Origin: Candidatus Parcubacteria bacterium
GTDB lineage: Bacteria > Patescibacteriota > Minisyncoccia > UBA6257 > 2-01-FULL-56-20
Assembly (NCBI GenBank): GCA_027449645.1
Contig: DAIDLF010000035.1
Coordinates: 1-37,332, forward strand
Direction: 5' to 3'
DNA: 37,332 nt
The position numbers and the translations under genes are program-made. Positions 33,162 through 37,332 of this stretch are shown here, one piece after another. The notes beneath the pieces are model-generated. The model was not told where the DNA came from. It did not search any database and saw only the letters and a list, made by a program, of their open reading frames with translations. The stretch's first letter is position 1; every line of letters starts with the position of its first letter.

Positions 33162-33170
33162 TGCTATACT
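33162..33170 (+). promoter_or_regulatory. Extended -10 (TGcTATACT) 4 nt after the obg stop, upstream of the ABC-F gene leader
   Basis: The plus strand reads TAATTGTGCTATACT. It precedes a 58-nt leader. Confidence 0.4.
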
Positions 33171-33185
33171 GTGAGCGTTGTTTTG

Positions 33186-33222
33186 GACGCGCCGCGCGCG
33201 CGTCATTATTTTCATTTTCCCC
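33186..33222 (+). terminator. GC hairpin plus T-rich tract between obg and the ABC-F gene (obg terminator and/or ABC-F leader attenuator)
   Basis: GACGCGC-cgcgc-GCGCGTC (33186-33204) is followed by ATTATTTTCATTTTCCCC. It ends 6 nt before ATG 33229. Confidence 0.5.
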
Positions 33223-33228
33223 ACTCCC

Positions 33229-34686
33229 ATGGCCAATAACGAAGTCATTCTCCGGTTCAGCGACGTCACATTTGAATATGGCAAAAAGAGGATCCTCGAC
33301 GAGGCCTCGTTCTCCGTGCGCCGCGGGGCAAAGATCACCCTGATGGGGCAAAACGGCGCGGGCAAGACGACCATGTTCCACCTGATCGCCGGCGATCTCC
33401 ATCCTGAGGAGGGCGAAATCATGCTGGCAAAGGGCCTTACCATGGGCATCGCAAAACAGGTCATCCCGCGGGACCAGCTGGACCGCACCGTGCGCGAATT
33501 CTTCGAGGGCACCTTCGACCGCAAGATCTATGACATCGAGGTGCGCATCAAGAAGATCTTGGACGTGGTGAACCTCCAGATCCCGCAGGACCGCGCGCTC
33601 CGCGAGTGCTCGGGCGGCCAGCAGGCGCGGCTTTTGCTCGCCCAGGCCCTCATCCAAGATCCGGACATCCTGATGCTCGACGAGCCGACGAACAACCTGG
33701 ACGCCGCAGGCATCGCCCATCTCACGCAGTTCCTCAAGGATTCCGAAAAGACCTGCCTCGTCATCTCGCACGATGCGGACTTCCTGAACGCCTTCACGGA
33801 AGGCGTGCTCTATCTGGACAGCTTTACCAAAAAAGTGGAGCAGTACGTGGGCAATTACTTTGACGTGGTACAGGAGATCACGGCACGCCTGGAGCGCGAG
33901 CGCATGAAGAAGGTGCGCATCGAGAAGGATATCCAGCACCGCAAGGACCAGGCGAACTTCTTCGCGCAGAAGGGCGGACACATGCGCGACGTCGCCAAAA
34001 AGATGTGGGAGAAGATCGATGAACTGGAGGAGGATATTCCGGACGACCGCAAAGAAGACCGCACGATCCGCCAGTTCGCCATCCCCTGCCAGCCCGAGCT
34101 TGAAGGCCAGCTTCTTGAGCTCGACTCCGTCTCGGTGATGAAGGGGCACAAGCCCGCCGCAAAAAAGCTTTCCACGCCGGTCATCCTCAAAAAGGGCGAA
34201 CGCCTTCATCTCGTCGGCCCGAACGGCATCGGCAAAACGACGCTCCTCGAGAAGCTCGCCACCGGCCATGCCAAGGGCGAGCATGTGCCTCCCGGCATCC
34301 GGATCGGCTATTACCGCCAGGATTTCTCCACGCTGGACTTTGACGCCACCGTCTGGGACACGCTCGCCCGCGCCATGCAGGGCGGCGATCACGAGAAGCT
34401 CCGCTCGCACGCCGCAGGATTCCTCATAGACGCCGACCTGCTCCGCGCGCGCATCGGTTCCCTTTCGGAAGGCCAAAAAGGCCTTGTCGCCTTTGCCACG
34501 CTCGCCCTTGAACATCCCGGCCTGCTCATCCTGGATGAGCCCACCAACCACATCAATTTCCGCCACATTCCCATCATTGCGAAAGCGCTGGACCGCTACG
34601 AAGGCGCCATGGTGCTCGTGAGCCACATGGAGGAGTTCGTAAAGCAGGTGCGGATAGACTATACGCTGGATCTCGGGACGCTCTAG
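33229..34686 (+). CDS. ABC-F family ATPase (two tandem NBDs, no TMD)
   Basis: Two copies of Walker A (GQNGAGKTT; GPNGIGKTT), the signature motif (CSGGQQARL; LSEGQKGL) and Walker B (ILMLDEPTN; LLILDEPTN), joined by a charged linker. Start set at MANNEVILRF (33229). Confidence 0.9.
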   Translation: MANNEVILRFSDVTFEYGKKRILDEASFSVRRGAKITLMGQNGAGKTTMFHLIAGDLHPEEGEIMLAKGLTMGIAKQVIPRDQLDRTVREFFEGTFDRKIYDIEVRIKKILDVVNLQIPQDRALRECSGGQQARLLLAQALIQDPDILMLDEPTNNLDAAGIAHLTQFLKDSEKTCLVISHDADFLNAFTEGVLYLDSFTKKVEQYVGNYFDVVQEITARLERERMKKVRIEKDIQHRKDQANFFAQKGGHMRDVAKKMWEKIDELEEDIPDDRKEDRTIRQFAIPCQPELEGQLLELDSVSVMKGHKPAAKKLSTPVILKKGERLHLVGPNGIGKTTLLEKLATGHAKGEHVPPGIRIGYYRQDFSTLDFDATVWDTLARAMQGGDHEKLRSHAAGFLIDADLLRARIGSLSEGQKGLVAFATLALEHPGLLILDEPTNHINFRHIPIIAKALDRYEGAMVLVSHMEEFVKQVRIDYTLDLGTL

Positions 34687-34715
34687 GACGCGAGTGAGCC
34701 ATAAAAGCGCCTAAA

Positions 34716-34745
34716 ACAAAAACAGCCGCCGGAGCAGCTGCTTTT
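34716..34745. terminator. Possible bidirectional terminator between the convergent ABC-F gene and msrB
   Basis: Imperfect hairpin CAGCCGCCGGAGCAGCTG (34723-34740), flanked by ACAAAAA upstream and CTTTT downstream. Confidence 0.35.
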
Positions 34746-34858
34746 GCGACAAATAGCGATGATCCGCATTTCTGCAGAACCTTATCTTGCCCTTATGATA
34801 ACGCCCATGCACAAAAGGTCAAATATGCGTTAATCATTTTTTCATATTGGGACGCGGA

Positions 34859-35254
34859 TCATCCAGTTTTTTTCTCCAGCTCCAGGCACACGGAGTTGAT
34901 GCAGTACCGTTTGCCGCCTTTGTCGGCAGGGCCGTCATCGAAAATATGCCCGAGGTGTGCGCCGCAATGTTTGCAGATCACCTCCGTGCGGTGCATGCCA
35001 TGGCTGTCGTCGGCGCGCAGCTCCACATTGGCGAGATTTGCCGGCTCCGTGAAGCTCGGCCAGCCCGTGCCGGAATCGAACTTGGCGTCGGAGGAAAAAA
35101 GCTCAGTACCGCAGACCGCGCATGCATATATGCCCTTCTCGTGGTTGTCCCAATACTTGCCCGTGAACGGCGCCTCGGTACCGCCCTCGCGCGCCACGTG
35201 ATAGAGTTCCGGCGATTCCGCCGCCAATGCCTTGTCGTCTTTCATATTTTTCAT
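34859..35254 (-). CDS. msrB: Peptide-methionine (R)-S-oxide reductase MsrB
   Basis: Zinc-binding CAVCGTELF and CKHCGAHLGH, GWPSF, and the catalytic RYCINS. Confidence 0.95.
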   Translation of the reverse strand: MKNMKDDKALAAESPELYHVAREGGTEAPFTGKYWDNHEKGIYACAVCGTELFSSDAKFDSGTGWPSFTEPANLANVELRADDSHGMHRTEVICKHCGAHLGHIFDDGPADKGGKRYCINSVCLELEKKTG

Positions 35255-35263
35255 AGTTATCGC

Positions 35264-35839
35264 TTAATGCGTATCGCGTGATTTTGATTTTTCCTTCAGA
35301 AGCGCGGCGAATTCCTTCTGTAGCTTCTCCACTTTCGGTTCTATGACCACCTGGCAATAAGGCATATCCGGATTGCTGCGGTAGTATTGGCGATGTTCGC
35401 GCTCCGCTTCGTAGAACGGTCCGAGCGGCGCAACCTCCGTGACCACCGGATGTCCGCCAGGATCCGACGCCTCCAGTTTTTTGATGAAAGCCTCGGCTTC
35501 GGCCTTCTGCTCCGGCGTCGCCACGAACACCGCGGAGCGATACTGCGCCCCCACGTCGGCCCCCTGCCGGTTCGGCGTGGTCGGATTATGCGTGGCGAAA
35601 AACACCGTAAGGAGGTCGTGGTAGGAGATCTGCGCCGGATCAAACGTGATCCGGATCGCCTCCGCATGGCCCGTCGTCCCGCGGCAGACCTGCTCGTAGG
35701 TCGGATCCTTCGCCGTACCGCCGGTATAGCCCGGCATCACCGACTGCACGCCCCGCAGCTGCTCAAAGATCGCCTCCGTGCACCAGAAGCATCCTCCGGC
35801 AAAGACCGCGGTCTGGATGGATGAGTTGTTTGCGTCCAT
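35264..35839 (-). CDS. msrA: Peptide-methionine (S)-S-oxide reductase MsrA
   Basis: Active site AGGCFWC, GYTGG and GHAEAIRITFDP. Start set at MDANNSS (35839). The GTG-initiated 30-codon extension in the track overlaps the promoter and looks non-coding. Confidence 0.92.
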   Translation of the reverse strand: MDANNSSIQTAVFAGGCFWCTEAIFEQLRGVQSVMPGYTGGTAKDPTYEQVCRGTTGHAEAIRITFDPAQISYHDLLTVFFATHNPTTPNRQGADVGAQYRSAVFVATPEQKAEAEAFIKKLEASDPGGHPVVTEVAPLGPFYEAEREHRQYYRSNPDMPYCQVVIEPKVEKLQKEFAALLKEKSKSRDTH

Positions 35840-35863
35840 GTTGTCGTTTTGATGGTTTCGATC

Positions 35864-35872
35864 ATTATACCA
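35864..35872 (-). promoter_or_regulatory. Extended -10 (TGgTATAAT) for msrA-msrB (24-nt leader)
   Basis: The minus strand reads ACTGGTATAATgatcgaaaccatcaaaacgacaacATG. Confidence 0.5.
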
Positions 35873-35945
35873 GTTCGCGGAGAAATCATGCGAATATTGC
35901 TTACCGAAGGCTGATGAGTACTCAACCACGATGGCATCTCTCTCA

Positions 35946-35989
35946 AGGGCCCTTAGCGCAAACGATCGCGTAAAGGGCCCTGCTTTTTT
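35946..35989 (+). terminator. Terminator-like hairpin plus T6 on the plus strand, within a minus-strand intergenic region
   Basis: AGGGCCCTT (35946-35954) pairs with AAGGGCCCT (35973-35981) for 9 bp around an 18-nt loop, then GCTTTTTT. No annotated plus-strand gene lies upstream. Confidence 0.45.
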
Positions 35990-36006
35990 ATTACGACGAC
36001 TACGGC

Positions 36007-36145
36007 GCGAAATAACACCAGCAAGTCATGTTGTCTTTTGAAGGACCTTCGGAGGCGACGAAGGTCGCCGAGAATGAGACGCGCGGCCACCAGGCCGCGA
36101 CGTCGTGCCTTCAAAAGACAACATGACTTGCTGGTGTTATTTCGC
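36007..36145. repeat. 38-bp perfect inverted repeat with a 63-nt structured spacer; the right arm contains the typA stop codon
   Basis: GCGAAATAACACCAGCAAGTCATGTTGTCTTTTGAAGG (36007-36044) is the exact reverse complement of 36108-36145. The spacer holds hairpins GGCGAC-gaag-GTCGCC (36054-36069) and CGCGGCC-acca-GGCCGCG (36082-36099). Confidence 0.95.
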
Positions 36146-37332
36146 CCGCTTTCTCTCGTTCTCGTTCAGATACTTCTTGCGGATGCGGATGTTCTGGGGC
36201 GTGATCTCCACGAGCTCCTCGTCGTTGATGTAATCGAGCGCCGCCTCAAGGTCCATCGTCACCGGCACCTCAAGCTGGTCGGCCAGCCCTTCGTTCTTGG
36301 CGCGGAAGTTCGTAAGCTGCTTTTCGCGGGCCACGTGCACCAGGACGTCGCCTTCCTTCGCGTTCTCGCCCACCACCATGCCCTCATATACCGCGACGCC
36401 GGCGCTGATGAAAAGCGTTCCCCTGCCCTGCGCCGTCACGAGGCCGTAGTTGTTGGACGTGCCGTTCTGCGTGGCCACGATGGACCCGTGCGGGATCGCG
36501 GTGATATCGCCTTTGTACTCCTCGTAGCCGAGGAAGATGCTGTTCATGATGCCCGTGCCCTTGGTAGAGGTCAAAAACTTGTTGCGGATGCCGATAAGGC
36601 CGCGCGTCGGCACGTCAAAATCCATGAAGGCGTTGCCCTTGTCGTCCACGCGCATATTTTTCATAACACCCAAGCGCTTGCCGAGCATCTCGATCACCGT
36701 GCCGGAATACGCCTCGGGCACTTCCACGGAGACCAGCTCGATCGGTTCCGTCTTTTTGCCGTCCTCCTCTTTGTAGATGACCTGCGGTTTGGAGACCTCC
36801 AGCTCGAACCCTTCGCGCCGCATCTTCTCGATGAGGATCGCAAGGTGCAGTTCGCCGCGTCCGGCCACGACCCAGCGGTCGGTGGCATCGGTCGGCGTCA
36901 CTTTGAGCGCAACGTCGGTCTCGAGTTCCTTCTCCAGCCGGTCTTTGATGTTGCGCGAGGTCGTGAACTTTCCCTCCTTGCCGCGAAAGGGCGACGTGTT
37001 CACGGAGAAGGTCATCTTGATCGTCGGCTCGTCGATATGGATCGTCGGCAGGGCGATAGGATGGTCCGGGTCGGCGATCGTTTCGCCGATGGAGACGTCG
37101 GGAATGCCGGCAATGCAGACGATCTCGCCCGCTTCGGCCTGTTCCACTTCCGCCTTGCCGAGGCCGTCAAAAAGCATGACCGAGGTGAGTTGGACGTTCT
37201 TGACTTCGCCCGCGCGGTTGATGTGCGCCACCGTCTGCGCCTTTTTGAGCGTCCCGGAATAGAGCCGCCCAATGGCGATCTTGCCTTTGTAGTTATCGTA
37301 CGCCAAATTGACCGTGAGCATCTGCAAGGTTT
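36137..37332 (-). CDS. typA: Translational GTPase TypA/BipA, C-terminal ~398 aa (N-terminal G domain lies beyond the right edge)
   Basis: The EF-G-like domains II, III, V and the BipA C-terminal domain are present: YDNYKGKIAIGRLYSGTLKK, ELHLAILIEKMRREGFEL, GTGIMNSIFLGYEEYKG, ITPQNIRIRKKYLNENERKRAK. The frame stays open to the window edge. Confidence 0.92.
   Translation of the reverse strand, partial: TLQMLTVNLAYDNYKGKIAIGRLYSGTLKKAQTVAHINRAGEVKNVQLTSVMLFDGLGKAEVEQAEAGEIVCIAGIPDVSIGETIADPDHPIALPTIHIDEPTIKMTFSVNTSPFRGKEGKFTTSRNIKDRLEKELETDVALKVTPTDATDRWVVAGRGELHLAILIEKMRREGFELEVSKPQVIYKEEDGKKTEPIELVSVEVPEAYSGTVIEMLGKRLGVMKNMRVDDKGNAFMDFDVPTRGLIGIRNKFLTSTKGTGIMNSIFLGYEEYKGDITAIPHGSIVATQNGTSNNYGLVTAQGRGTLFISAGVAVYEGMVVGENAKEGDVLVHVAREKQLTNFRAKNEGLADQLEVPVTMDLEAALDYINDEELVEITPQNIRIRKKYLNENERKRAK

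Noticed and set aside
35911-35917. CTGATGA, the hammerhead-ribozyme core box, on the plus strand in the typA-msrA spacer.
   Set aside because: No downstream helix II followed by GAAA, and no appropriate stem I/III pairing, could be found on that strand. An isolated 7-mer is expected by chance.
36028-36126. Two mirror-image 32-codon ORFs (MLSFEG...LQKTT) on both strands inside the 38-bp inverted repeat.
   Set aside because: Their start and stop codons are supplied by the palindromic arms themselves (ATG and its mirror TGA within CAACATGA). They are therefore an automatic by-product of the repeat. No SD or promoter context is present.
36007-36145. Interpretation of the 38-bp inverted repeat as a MITE or an integron attC site.
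   Set aside because: No flanking target-site duplication is present. The arm ends do not fit the attC R''/R' cores (RYYYAAC / GTTRRRY). No second copy exists in this window. This remains formally possible and needs a genome-wide search.
1-37332. Scan for CRISPR arrays, IS elements/transposases, integrases, prophage genes, rRNA, tmRNA, RNase P RNA or SRP RNA.
   Set aside because: No regularly spaced direct repeats and no transposase- or integrase-like ORFs were seen. None of the conserved RNA core sequences I know (RNase P GAGGAAAGTCC, SRP GGAAGCAGCC, tmRNA 5' GGGG...) appears in the intergenic regions.

Overview
The window is 37.3 kb, GC-rich, and very tightly packed. It reads as a core housekeeping region of a bacterium, not an accessory island. 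I call 43 protein-coding genes (two run off the edges), 2 tRNAs (Ala-CGC, Lys-TTT; neither encodes CCA), and no rRNA, CRISPR array, transposase or integrase.

Gene order, left to right:
- minus strand: mnmA, HD hydrolase, SemiSWEET | proS-mreB-mreC-mreD-mrdA
- a small plus-strand membrane-peptide cassette
- minus strand: rpsP and a KH protein, then efp
- murI (+); a membrane protein (-); tRNA-Ala (+)
- an 8-gene minus-strand operon: PHP, Zn-ribbon protein, rnhB, rpmF, nusB, rnc, an unknown gene, smc
- tRNA-Lys (-)
- hrcA-grpE-dnaK-(membrane protein)-dnaJ (-), with a CIRCE-like operator
- corA, then cysS-dnaB-recR (+)
- ECF sigma plus a membrane partner (-), divergent from a Trx-like protein and DsbB (+)
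- an orphan gene (-)
- tig, then SDR-obg, then an ABC-F ATPase (+)
- msrA-msrB (-) and typA (-, partial)

Many proteins are domain-reduced versions of the canonical ones: a 742-aa hinge-less SMC, a ProRS without the INS editing domain, a trigger factor without the PPIase domain, and a short HrcA. This suggests a reduced-genome, possibly CPR/Patescibacteria-like organism. That is inference only.

All identifications come from motifs I recognise in the translations. No database search was run.

Main observations worth a second look:
1. -10 boxes recur 6-10 nt upstream of start codons, implying leaderless initiation.
2. Long inverted repeats start exactly two codons before the stop codons of typA (38/38 bp perfect) and efp (26 bp).
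3. A mini-SMC is translationally coupled to an unknown gene wedged between rnc and smc.
4. An AT-richer, SD-led small hydrophobic ORF sits in its own promoter/terminator cassette.
5. A polytopic membrane protein is inserted between dnaK and dnaJ.
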